From: Prochlorococcus sp. AG-347-K16 | GTDB taxonomy: Bacteria; Cyanobacteriota; Cyanobacteriia; PCC-6307; Cyanobiaceae | Direction: 5' to 3' | DNA: 64,000 bases | NCBI GenBank assembly: GCA_003281405.1 | Contig: QCCD01000001.1 | Coordinates: 68,866 to 132,865 of the forward strand | Part shown: positions 27,376 to 36,368 of the stretch, in pieces | Layout: each line of letters starts with the position of its first letter | How positions within the stretch are numbered: the first letter of the stretch is position 1 | Translations under genes and position numbers: made by a program | Notes under the pieces: generated by a model | What the model was told of the DNA's origin: nothing | What the model saw: the letters and a program-made list of their open reading frames with translations, nothing else | Databases searched by the model: none

Positions 27376-27879
27376 TTATTCCCACATTGGGTCATTTAAT
27401 TTTTTATTTCTAAGTGAAGAAGGAACATAATTATGCAAAGTTTCAATTTTTATAGCCCATTTTTTAGAGTTACCCTTTAAACTTTCACTTTCAATTAGGT
27501 TTGTTAGTGGGATCCTTTTTCTTACTTTAAGAAGTCCTAAACAAGCTTCCCACGCTTCATGATTTTTATAAATATCTAACCAAAAATCAAAAATATTTTC
27601 CAAGATTTCTAAAGGAATATCAAATGGAATCCCTATTGAAGGCATTGCTATTAAATAATTTTTGTTTCTTAGTTCATTTAATATATTATTTACGTTTAAA
27701 TTAATAGCTAAAAGAATATCTTTTGCTGATTTATTCCCTATTAATTCCATTCTATGGCAATCTAAAAGATTTTCATCCTCAAGGATAATTTCATCGCAAT
27801 TTTTTATTCCCACAATCCAAAAACCTTCTCCATTATTTACTCCACTAGCAAGAAATAGATATTGAGGTGAATTCTCCAA
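27376..27879 (-). CDS. Hypothetical protein
   Basis: 167 aa, TTG start. Confidence 0.75.
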   Translation of the reverse strand: MENSPQYLFLASGVNNGEGFWIVGIKNCDEIILEDENLLDCHRMELIGNKSAKDILLAINLNVNNILNELRNKNYLIAMPSIGIPFDIPLEILENIFDFWLDIYKNHEAWEACLGLLKVRKRIPLTNLIESESLKGNSKKWAIKIETLHNYVPSSLRNKKLNDPMWE

Positions 27880-28102
27880 GATTTCAAATCATTTTTCCCA
27901 TTTTTAACATTTTTTGATTGATATGAAAATAATTTAGTTGTGCAATTAACAATATGAACTCCTCGTAAAAAAAATCTAGTTGTTATGATGAAGTTTTGAA
28001 AAATGTTTGATTTAAGAGAACTTAAACTTATGTTTTTAGATCCTACTGATTTAATAATTAATAATATAAATAAATACCTTTCTAGTTATAAAGCTATTAA
28101 AT

Positions 28103-28330
28103 TTATTTTTTCTTAGGAAATAACTTTTCTATCTTTACCTTTTGCAAGTACTCCTTGTTAGTTCTTATTTTTTTATCTTCTAACGATTCTTTATTAGTAC
28201 TTACAGCATAAATAATATAGAAAATCATCCCAGTAAATACTAATCCTATAAAAATTATGAATATTCCTAAGGGTTCACTGGGACTGAAAATTTTAAGATC
28301 TATAGATGTATTTAGGGAAATTATCATCAA
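28103..28330 (-). CDS. Hypothetical membrane protein
   Basis: 75 aa, one TM. Confidence 0.6.
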   Translation of the reverse strand: MMIISLNTSIDLKIFSPSEPLGIFIIFIGLVFTGMIFYIIYAVSTNKESLEDKKIRTNKEYLQKVKIEKLFPKKK

Positions 28331-28362
28331 TAAACTAATTCCTTAAGAAATTATATGTAAAT

Positions 28363-28596
28363 CTAATTGATTTCTTCGTATCCAAAAAATGTCGCATTGT
28401 CTGAATTTCTATACCCATTAGCGGCTTCCTGTGGGTTTTGACTGTCCATTTTTCTTGCTTTAGCATGAATCATGTTAAATGGAAATATCACAGCTCCCAC
28501 AAAAAAATGAAGAATTAAAAAATCTGAAGGTAATCCATTTGTCCAATCAGGAAAAAATAGCAATGTCATCAATGATTCGTACATATTTGTAGTCAA
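28363..28596 (-). CDS. Hypothetical membrane protein
   Basis: 77 aa, one TM; start uncertain. Confidence 0.6.
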   Translation of the reverse strand: MTTNMYESLMTLLFFPDWTNGLPSDFLILHFFVGAVIFPFNMIHAKARKMDSQNPQEAANGYRNSDNATFFGYEEIN

Positions 28597-28749
28597 ATAA
28601 ACCTTTGGTATATTATTACTGAACTTATCGCAATACTTTTAATTTTTAATAAATTGAAATTTAATTTGCTTTTAATAATTATCAGATTTAATTGAAAAGA
28701 CAATTTTAAAATACTATTATATTATTTATAAACTATTGATTTATAGCTG

Positions 28750-29151
28750 TTGTTAAAATTCTTTTTTGGTTTTCTTTTATTTATAATTTTACAGTTAAAA
28801 CCTGCAATATGTTTAGCTTTTGATACGTCTGATCCAAGTGTAAGTTTACTTCAAAATAGGATCTCTAATAACTTCTCTAAGAAATATTGCAATGCTATCC
28901 AAAATGGTTTTTCTAAAGATGAAGCAATGAAATCAGCTATTGTAAAAACTGAAAACATTATATCTTTCTCTTACAATCCTCAGAAAAAATGGATTGAGAA
29001 AAGTGACTTAGCAAAACAAATTTCACTGCAAGTAGTAAATGATTGTGGATGGTCATTTGGATTAATTGGAAAAGAGGGAGTTGATTATTTTAAATCATAT
29101 TTTCTAGAAATTTACGAAAAAACTACTCCTGAAAAAAATTTTTCGAGATAG
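28750..29151 (+). CDS. Hypothetical secreted protein with two conserved Cys
   Basis: Signal peptide; FSKKYCNAIQNG...NDCG. Confidence 0.75.
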   Translation: MLKFFFGFLLFIILQLKPAICLAFDTSDPSVSLLQNRISNNFSKKYCNAIQNGFSKDEAMKSAIVKTENIISFSYNPQKKWIEKSDLAKQISLQVVNDCGWSFGLIGKEGVDYFKSYFLEIYEKTTPEKNFSR

Positions 29152-29160
29152 ATTAAGTTA

Positions 29161-29355
29161 ATGAATAATATTTCAGACAAATTAGTATTGACTATAATTT
29201 TGATTACTATTCTTTTTGTATTTGGACTAATTTTTTCAGTGAAATCTCCAGAGAGAAAGGTTATAGATTCGCCAATAATGTGGAAAGATGATTATTCTAG
29301 TATCCCGATTTTCAGGAGCAATAAAATAAATTCAGAAAGAATGAGAATAACTTAA
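29161..29355 (+). CDS. Hypothetical membrane protein
   Basis: 64 aa, N-terminal TM. Confidence 0.6.
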   Translation: MNNISDKLVLTIILITILFVFGLIFSVKSPERKVIDSPIMWKDDYSSIPIFRSNKINSERMRIT

Positions 29356-29437
29356 AAAAACATTACTTACTAAAAGGTAAGTATCATGTTTAATCATATA
29401 AAAATATTTTTCGAACTCAATCCTTTTATTTCATTGT

Positions 29438-29779
29438 CTAATTTAAGTAGTTCAAAAGAACTGACGCTAGTTTTAAATCATCATTAAACCATGCTCGTAT
29501 TGCCATTGCTCTTCGAGGATCATAAAAATTTTGTTTTCTGTACCAACTAAGAACTTCTGAATCTGATTTCTTCCCATTGCATGATAAACAACATGGCACA
29601 CAATTACTTGTACTGCTAATCCCCCCTTTTGACATTGGGTGAAGGTGGTCGAGTGATTCTGAGGGGTTTCCGCAATAAATACATTTGTAATTAGTAACTT
29701 TATTAAGTGACTCTCTCCAATTTTTATTACTTATCTTGGGACAAAACTGATCAAGGTAGATTGCATCTTGTCTATGCAT
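29438..29779 (-). CDS. HNH endonuclease
   Basis: Likely ATG at 29779; CIYCG...LDHLHPMSKGG...NCVPCCLSCNGKK. Confidence 0.9.
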   Translation of the reverse strand: MHRQDAIYLDQFCPKISNKNWRESLNKVTNYKCIYCGNPSESLDHLHPMSKGGISSTSNCVPCCLSCNGKKSDSEVLSWYRKQNFYDPRRAMAIRAWFNDDLKLASVLLNYLN

Positions 29780-29918
29780 AAAATTCTTGATAATTTTTTT
29801 GATAATAACAGTTTTTTTTAAAGTATGATTGAAAAAGATAAGATAAGACTTCTTAAAGCAAATGTTTCTTATGAAAAGAATAATTTTCACTTATTAATAC
29901 AAAGGCAATTTATAGTTA

Positions 29919-30731
29919 ATGCTTTATTTATTCACAATATTATTAGGAAATTTTGATCATTCTTTATTTAAAAGTATTTATATCTTTTTGATATCGTTTT
30001 TTTCCAATACGTTCTCAGCGATTTCTGGAGGAGGAGCAGGATTATTACAACTGCCTGCATTGATCATATCTGGCGTTCCTTATTATCAGGCTCTGGCTAG
30101 TCATAAATTAGCAACAGTAGCACTAGGAATAGGGGGTTCTTTAAGAAATTACAAATCTTTAGGTAATGATATACGTGTTGCTGGGCAAATTTTGATTTTT
30201 GGATTACCTGGAGTAATTTTAGGAGCTTATGTAGTTGAATATATATCTGAAAAGTATTTGTACTTAATTTTAGGAATAATATCCATATTATTAGCTTTTT
30301 ACTCATTACTTAAACCAGATTTAGGCTTATCATCTGTTAATAAAAAGCTTAATTTTGTTCATAAAATTAGATTTTTAATTTTTATTTTTCTAATAGGTAT
30401 ATTAAATGGTTCTATTTCTTCAGGAACTGGATTGCTTGTAACAATACTCTTAATAAAAACTTTTGAAATGGATTTCCTTCGAGCCATAAGTATGACATTT
30501 TTTACTGTTGGGATTTTTTGGAATTTTGTGGGTGCAGTATTTTTGGCAAGAATTGGATCGGTGCCATTAAATTTATTGATAGTTTTAATAATTGGTTCCT
30601 TTACAGGAGGATTTTTCGGGGCTCACCTTTCAAAATTAAATGGGAATATACTTATTAAGAAAACTTTTATAACAGTTTGTATTTTTGTTGGTATTAGCTT
30701 ATTGTTTAAATCCATAAAAAGCTTTTTATAA
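29919..30731 (+). CDS. Sulfite exporter TauE/SafE family membrane protein
   Basis: SAISGGGAGLLQLPAL...ALASHK...GILNGSISSGTG. Confidence 0.85.
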   Translation: MLYLFTILLGNFDHSLFKSIYIFLISFFSNTFSAISGGGAGLLQLPALIISGVPYYQALASHKLATVALGIGGSLRNYKSLGNDIRVAGQILIFGLPGVILGAYVVEYISEKYLYLILGIISILLAFYSLLKPDLGLSSVNKKLNFVHKIRFLIFIFLIGILNGSISSGTGLLVTILLIKTFEMDFLRAISMTFFTVGIFWNFVGAVFLARIGSVPLNLLIVLIIGSFTGGFFGAHLSKLNGNILIKKTFITVCIFVGISLLFKSIKSFL

Positions 30732-30872
30732 AATTATTAGAGGATAGCAGTACATTTTTATAAAATCTAAAGCAGGATTATTAATTACAAAATAAATTAA
30801 TTATTATCTTTATTCGTTTTAAAAGGGGTTAATAGAATTACTTAATAATACTTTGAGATCTTATTTAAATAC

Positions 30873-30899
30873 AAAAAAAGGCCTCACATATGTGGGGCC
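30873..30899 (-). terminator. Intrinsic terminator
   Basis: GGCCCCAC-ATAT-GTGAGGCC-TTTTTTT on the minus strand (one C-A mismatch). Confidence 0.7.
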
Positions 30900-31003
30900 G
30901 GGTGATGGGGAACCTTATATTTAAACCAATTCCTTAAAAAATGCAACCCCCTATCTGTAGCGCAATAATAGTCTTTTCCACACACTACAGATAGTGCTTT
31001 AAT
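30873..31003 (-). ncRNA. Candidate ~130-nt small RNA
   Basis: -10-like CATAAT at 31015-31010; 10-bp perfect stem (30994-30985/30960-30951) extended by G-U pairs on the minus strand; ends in a GC hairpin plus U7. Confidence 0.5.
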
Positions 31004-31165
31004 GCTTTTATTATGAGTAAATTTAAAATTTTAAAAAATTTTTATAATTTTAAAGTTGATGAGCAAAATCCTATTTTATGATTTCAAATGTTTTTGGGTA
31101 ATTTTACTTGTTAAAAATGTCCTGCACAGTATCATTCGTAAGAACTTTGCTAGTAAAAAGCTTTA

Positions 31166-31393
31166 ATGATTGAATTAACTTTACTAACTCTTTTAAATTA
31201 TGTTGGGGATAATTTCTGTGAGTATAGAAATCTAGGTCACGATAACTATAAATCATTACTTCTTTCCTATAGTGATGCAAGTAATAAATTTGGACCATTA
31301 GAGGTTAAAAAGGTTATTGAGAAGTCAGAAAATTTTAAAGTTACGGCTGTTGCTATTGCTGCAATTAAGTGTCCTCAGCATATAGTTAAGTAA
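31166..31393 (+). CDS. Small hypothetical protein with two Cys
   Basis: DNFCEYRNLG...AIAAIKCP. Confidence 0.75.
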   Translation: MIELTLLTLLNYVGDNFCEYRNLGHDNYKSLLLSYSDASNKFGPLEVKKVIEKSENFKVTAVAIAAIKCPQHIVK

Positions 31394-31662
31394 TGAAGTT
31401 TGAATTAAAAACTGAAACTGAAAATTATTCAAAATCAATTTCACAATTTTTCGGTATAGTTTTTTGTATCTCTTTAATAATAATCCTTTGTGATGTTGCA
31501 CTCGAATTAGGAATCATATCTAGAAATCATAAAATCGAATACAACTGTAGGCTTTTATCTGTTGAAAAATCTAAAATTCATTTTAAGAAATTATCTAGGC
31601 TTTCTAATCTGAAAAGTAAACAACAAATTTGGGAATTTTGTAGAGAGTTTCTTAAATATTAG
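31393..31662 (+). CDS. Hypothetical membrane protein
   Basis: 89 aa; TM, then YNC...WEFC; coupled (TAATG) to the previous ORF. Confidence 0.75.
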   Translation: MKFELKTETENYSKSISQFFGIVFCISLIIILCDVALELGIISRNHKIEYNCRLLSVEKSKIHFKKLSRLSNLKSKQQIWEFCREFLKY

Positions 31663-32457
31663 TTAGCTAGATGCTGATGAATAGAACTTTAAAGCAAATA
31701 ACCAGAACTTTCTTGAAGTTATAAGAAATACTGAAGCAACAATAACTTCAAGCAATATTTTCCAAGATTGAGAAAGTCCTAGAAAAACTTCAGAAGGAAT
31801 TGTAGTTATAAAAGCAAGAGGAATGAAAATACTAAAAATAATTCTTAAAGAAAATGAAAATGAATTTAGAGGGAATCTTCCAATATAAAGGAATGATCTT
31901 AATACCTCTATTGCATTCCAAGTCTTAACAAACCAAATAGTAGTAGTAGATATAAAAAACCATAGGCTATATAAAATACAAATTGAGCAGCTTATCGTAA
32001 TCAAGGATAGGGTCAGAAAACTTAAACTTAAATTTATTTGATTTATTCTTATGCAGAAGAACAACAAGAAAAACCCAAGCATTATTTCTAAAAATCCAGA
32101 TGGATTTATTTTCTTTAATGAAATAAAAAATTGACTATCAATAGGTTTTAAAAGTACGAAGTCTAATGTTCCTTCTCTTATATGTTTAACTATTTCTGTA
32201 AGATTTGGATTAAACCATGTGTTTGTTATTCCATTCAAAATTGTATAAATGCCTTGAATTATTAATGCCTGTTCAAATTTCCACCCACCAATATATCCAT
32301 TATTTTGAAAGAAAATAGATAATAGAAATATACTCCCAATTAAACTTAAAATTGCAGTAATTAAATCAACTAACATATTTGTCTTATACTCCAATTCAGA
32401 AGCTAAAGAAGTGTGTAAGAATTTTTTATAAACTTTTAGATATTTTCTTAAATTCAT
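31663..32457 (-). CDS. ABC-2 family (DUF990-type) permease
   Basis: IREGTLDFVLLKPIDSQF motif. Confidence 0.92.
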   Translation of the reverse strand: MNLRKYLKVYKKFLHTSLASELEYKTNMLVDLITAILSLIGSIFLLSIFFQNNGYIGGWKFEQALIIQGIYTILNGITNTWFNPNLTEIVKHIREGTLDFVLLKPIDSQFFISLKKINPSGFLEIMLGFFLLFFCIRINQINLSLSFLTLSLITISCSICILYSLWFFISTTTIWFVKTWNAIEVLRSFLYIGRFPLNSFSFSLRIIFSIFIPLAFITTIPSEVFLGLSQSWKILLEVIVASVFLITSRKFWLFALKFYSSASS

Positions 32458-33248
32458 GAACCCATTGCGGTATATTTTTTCGTTCCTTCAGACCAGATTT
32501 TCTTAAATAATGGGAAAAGTAAAAAAATCCATAGAATTTGCATACCTAAGCCTCCGCTAATATTTGTTTCATTACCTGACAGTAAGTTCGCAGGGAAATC
32601 AATTAGATACGGAAAAGGAGTCAAATAAATCCATGATTTAACATATGCAGGAAATGAAACTACTGGTGCTAAAAGACCTGAGAGAAATAAAGTTGGGATA
32701 AATAACAATCTTTCTATTGATGATGCTTTCTCTGTCCAAAAACATAGACATGCAATTATTGACTGGATTAAAAATTGAATCAAGAAGGATAAGAAAGTAG
32801 ATACTATCGATAAGAGTAAAATATCTAAATTTGGTATCCATATACTTTCTGGATTAAAAATAAAAAAGAAGAATGCGATTATTAGTGCGAAAGGGAATCT
32901 TGTTATTTGTTCAGCAAGATGTTGTGCAAAATATCTGAAAAATGGATTTAAAGGTTGGATTAAATACGGAGATACTTTCCCCATAAGAGAATCCTCTTCA
33001 AAACTAAATACAACCCAAACTACAGAAAACTGTCTTACAAAAAAAGCACATAAGAAATACCTAGAAAGCATTACTTCACTAAAGTTTATGGATTCATATA
33101 GATTATTATTCGTCCAAATGTTTAACATAAAAAAAGGAATAATCCCTGAAATTGCCCATAATGCAATTTCTACCCTATATTCCAACATGTTTGAATATTG
33201 GACTTTTAATAATGTGAATATTTTACGGTTAATCAAATTAAATATCAT
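32454..33248 (-). CDS. ABC-2 family permease
   Basis: LEYRVEIALW...G.VSPYLIQP...LSGLLAP. Confidence 0.92.
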   Translation of the reverse strand: MIFNLINRKIFTLLKVQYSNMLEYRVEIALWAISGIIPFFMLNIWTNNNLYESINFSEVMLSRYFLCAFFVRQFSVVWVVFSFEEDSLMGKVSPYLIQPLNPFFRYFAQHLAEQITRFPFALIIAFFFFIFNPESIWIPNLDILLLSIVSTFLSFLIQFLIQSIIACLCFWTEKASSIERLLFIPTLFLSGLLAPVVSFPAYVKSWIYLTPFPYLIDFPANLLSGNETNISGGLGMQILWIFLLFPLFKKIWSEGTKKYTAMGS

Positions 33249-34233
33249 ATTCTTTTTTTGTTAATATCTTCCCAATAACTTCATCTATGGGTGGTTCATT
33301 TATAAAAAGGTCCTCAATATCAAAATTATTTAGAATAGTTTTTAGTGAAGAGGTAATAGAGTTGTTTTTAATTTTTATAGTGATTTCATTCTTTATTTTA
33401 TTTTCAACAGTAAAACCGGAATTTTCTAATTTATTTGCATCCTCTTCTGAGCGACAAACTATTAATATTTCTTTAACAGGAGAAAGTTTTTTTAATAATA
33501 GGTCAAGTTTTCCATCATACGATATCTCACCTTCGTGTACACATATAACTCTCTTGCATAGCGATGTAATATCTTTCATGTAATGACTGGTTAGGCATAT
33601 TGTTGCATTAGTTTCATTATTATATTTTTGGAGGAATTTTCTTAAATTTCTCTGTGCATTTATATCTAATCCAAGTGTTGGCTCGTCTAAAAATAAAATA
33701 TTTGGTTCATGTATCAAAGCTGCTAGTAATTCTGATTTCATTCGCTGACCTAGTGAAAGTTTCCTAACAGGTATGAATAGCTCTTTATCAATTTCAAGCA
33801 TTTCCGATAGTTTTTTTATTCTTTTTTTAGCTTCGAACTTATCTAAGTCATATATTGATGCATTCAAATAAAATGATTCAATTGGCGGAAGATCCCAAAT
33901 AAGCTGCTGCTTTTGTCCCATTATTAAGGTGATATTCTTTAGGAAATTTTCTTTTCTCCTGAAAGGTAAGTAGCCTGAAACCAAAATCGAACCTTCACTT
34001 GGATAAATTAAGCCACAAAGCATTTTTAATATTGTTGTTTTCCCAGCTCCATTAGCACCTAGAAAACCTACTATTTCTCCTTCTTTAATTTCAAAACTTA
34101 TATCTTTTATAACTTTTAAACTTTTTGTTTGTCTTCTAAAAAAATGTTTAATTGTTCCTTTTAATCCTGGTTCTTTGGAAGAGATATCAAATGACTTAGA
34201 TAAATTTCTTACATCGATAATATTTTGTACCAT
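33238..34233 (-). CDS. ABC exporter ATP-binding subunit
   Basis: GANGAGKTT, LSLGQRMK, FLDEPT. Confidence 0.95.
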   Translation of the reverse strand: MVQNIIDVRNLSKSFDISSKEPGLKGTIKHFFRRQTKSLKVIKDISFEIKEGEIVGFLGANGAGKTTILKMLCGLIYPSEGSILVSGYLPFRRKENFLKNITLIMGQKQQLIWDLPPIESFYLNASIYDLDKFEAKKRIKKLSEMLEIDKELFIPVRKLSLGQRMKSELLAALIHEPNILFLDEPTLGLDINAQRNLRKFLQKYNNETNATICLTSHYMKDITSLCKRVICVHEGEISYDGKLDLLLKKLSPVKEILIVCRSEEDANKLENSGFTVENKIKNEITIKIKNNSITSSLKTILNNFDIEDLFINEPPIDEVIGKILTKKEYDI

Positions 34234-34310
34234 TTAAATTTTTAATAATTGAAATTTTATATTTAAATAAATTTTTAAATTATTTTTTATTTTAGAAATT
34301 TTTTAACCTA

Positions 34311-34700
34311 TTAAAAAATATCATTAAACGATACAACCAGCCAGATAAAAAAGTTAATTGGATTAAGTAACTCGCTAACCTTATTTTTATTTTCATAATT
34401 TAATCCTCTTTTAAAATCAAATATAAAATTATTATTCTCTTTTTTATCCTTATTATTTTTAATTACATTACCATTTTCGTCTAGAAAATCAATTTCATCC
34501 TCAAAAAACCATTGCTCTTTTCCATTAGATAATTGCAAGACAACTCCAATACCTTTACCATCAGTTATTCTAAAATCACTTATCTTACCCAATGAAGAAA
34601 CATTTATCGCCTCAATAGTTTCTTTGGTAAGTCTATCCTTAGATAGTTTTAGGTTAACTTGAACAGAATTTCCTATCTTAACCTTATCTAAAATTGACAT
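34311..34700 (-). CDS. petP: Cytochrome b6f subunit PetP (DUF2862) family with C-terminal extension
   Basis: KDRL...FRITDGKGIGVVLQLSNGKEQWFFEDEI. Confidence 0.75.
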   Translation of the reverse strand: MSILDKVKIGNSVQVNLKLSKDRLTKETIEAINVSSLGKISDFRITDGKGIGVVLQLSNGKEQWFFEDEIDFLDENGNVIKNNKDKKENNNFIFDFKRGLNYENKNKVSELLNPINFFIWLVVSFNDIF

Positions 34701-34771
34701 TTTTTAAGTTATTATACCTAGTGACTAAGGATTTATGCGATTAATTCAGAATTATTGATTTATTTCAATAT

Positions 34772-34918
34772 TTACGATTTTTTGAAAACAGCTTCAAGGA
34801 TTTTCTTTATTAAAATTGTTAATACTCTCAAAAATATAAAAAACAGACCAAACCAACCTAATAGGACAGCTATTGATAACATGCTTGAACCTAAATCACG
34901 CTGTAGGAAATTCTGCAT
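34772..34918 (-). CDS. Small membrane protein, 48 aa
   Basis: Read by hand: MQNFLQRDLGSSMLSIAVLLGWFGLFFIFLRVLTILIKKILEAVFKKS*. Confidence 0.6.
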   Translation of the reverse strand: MQNFLQRDLGSSMLSIAVLLGWFGLFFIFLRVLTILIKKILEAVFKKS

Positions 34919-35076
34919 ATTATTTTTCTAAATTATACAATTTTACTCTACTTTATTAAATTATTTATTAAAGATATAAATGTTCAAAATTGATATTTTT
35001 AAAATTCATTGTTACTAATATATTCAATAGAAATGATTCGTGAGTTAAAATTTAGTTAGAAAATTAATTTAATATT

Positions 35077-35178
35077 TTGGACCTATCTTTGAATTCATAC
35101 ATTGGAATACTTTTTATCATTACTGGTCTAATAGTTAGAGTTGACCTTAAATTCTCTATTCAAAAAGATTTCAAATAA
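35077..35178 (+). CDS. Possible 33-aa membrane peptide
   Basis: TTG start, MDLSLNSYIGILFIITGLIVRVDLKFSIQKDFK*; could be a chance ORF. Confidence 0.25.
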   Translation: MDLSLNSYIGILFIITGLIVRVDLKFSIQKDFK

Positions 35179-35250
35179 TTATTAATAAAGTCTTGTTATT
35201 TAAGACGTTTAATTTTTATTTTTATAATTGCTATAACTACTGCAAATACT

Positions 35251-35277
35251 AAAAAAAGCAGCTTTGAAGCTGCTTCT
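35251..35277 (-). terminator. Intrinsic terminator after tRNA-fMet
   Basis: AAGCAGC-TTCAAA-GCTGCTT followed by a U-run on the minus strand. Confidence 0.85.
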
Positions 35278-35280
35278 AAA

Positions 35281-35357
<77 letters not shown>

Positions 35358-35402
35358 ACATATAAATAGCATACATCTGAAAGGGTTATTTTTCCTGATT
35401 TT

Positions 35403-36368
35403 TTAGGATTCTTGGAATTTTACTTTACCTTTAACTTCGAGTCGCACTCCTTCAGTAAAATTAAATATCTTTTCTTCAATGTCTTGAATTCTTAAGTCAG
35501 ATATCCACTCTAACTGTTTTAGTAAGTGAAGACTAACAGCATGCTTTGCTCTTTTTGAACCGTCTTCTACTTTTAAAGCTAAACCTATTCCTTCATTTAC
35601 TTTACATAGACACTGTATCCCCTCTGCTCCACCTTTACCTATAACGTTCCCATGAGAAGCTTTAATTATTTCTGTATCAAATTTATTGTTATCACTTATC
35701 ATTATTGGGTTTATTGTCATGGCTCTAATGATTTGTTCTAATTCAGCATTTTCGGAACTGCTCAGAAGTGAATATAACCTCGACATTTGTAATAGTTTTA
35801 AATAAAGAGTTGGAGCACCACAATCATCACGTTCTGCTTTTATTTCAGATGACGGGATTTCAAGTAATTCAGAAACAATTCTGAATATTTCTATTTGAAG
35901 AGGATGATCCCCTTTTAAGTAACTATCTAATGGCCAGTTCATTTTTTTACATGTAGCTAAAAAAGCAGCATGTTTCCCCGAACAATTATGTTCTAATGGA
36001 CTTGTCTTTGATTTTGGACACTTAAGATTATTAATGTCAATGTCATATTCCCATAAAATTTTGAATGCTTCCCTTGAATGAAGTTTTGATCCACTATGTG
36101 ACCCGCATGCTAAAGCAATTGATTTTGATTCATTATTGAATTTTGATGAAGCTCCACTACTTACGAAAGGTATTGCTTGAAAAGGTTTTAGTGCTGACCT
36201 TATGAAACTTTTATATTCTGGATTTCCTGCGCACATTAAAACTCTCCCTTTTTTATCAGTAATAACAGCATGAATCTTGTGGATCGACTCAATATTTGAT
36301 CCTCTCATTAAGGTTGCTTGTAAGGGAGGATTGTTAGAAGTGTAGAGGTTTTTGAAATTAGAACTCAT
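35403..36368 (-). CDS. L-asparaginase II family protein
   Basis: RSALKPFQA, CGSHSG, HNCSGKHAAFL, DDCGAP, KGGAEG. Confidence 0.92.
   Translation of the reverse strand: MSSNFKNLYTSNNPPLQATLMRGSNIESIHKIHAVITDKKGRVLMCAGNPEYKSFIRSALKPFQAIPFVSSGASSKFNNESKSIALACGSHSGSKLHSREAFKILWEYDIDINNLKCPKSKTSPLEHNCSGKHAAFLATCKKMNWPLDSYLKGDHPLQIEIFRIVSELLEIPSSEIKAERDDCGAPTLYLKLLQMSRLYSLLSSSENAELEQIIRAMTINPIMISDNNKFDTEIIKASHGNVIGKGGAEGIQCLCKVNEGIGLALKVEDGSKRAKHAVSLHLLKQLEWISDLRIQDIEEKIFNFTEGVRLEVKGKVKFQES

Noticed and set aside
25566-27865. Track ORFs 25566..25847, 26114..26353, 26392..26742, 26739..26921 and 27662..27865
   Set aside because: Shadows of the HhH gene (VLVL is the antisense of the KT repeat), rpsU, NDT, PRT and the 167-aa gene.
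29780-29890. N-terminal extensions in the track for the HNH gene (also for PRT 27116-27160, rsfS 37218-37289 and 18701-18769)
   Set aside because: Low-complexity sequence that overlaps neighbours or promoters; a downstream ATG begins the recognisable domain.
30890-30946. 20-codon TTG ORF inside the candidate sRNA (MHFLRNWFKYKVPHHPAPHM) as a type I toxin
   Set aside because: Not hydrophobic, the G-run is directly adjacent to the start (poor SD spacing), and the ORF runs into the terminator stem.
30097-33583. Track ORFs 30097..30306, 31104..31298, 32638..32841 and 33287..33583
   Set aside because: Antisense to TauE, the 31166 gene and the ABC operon.
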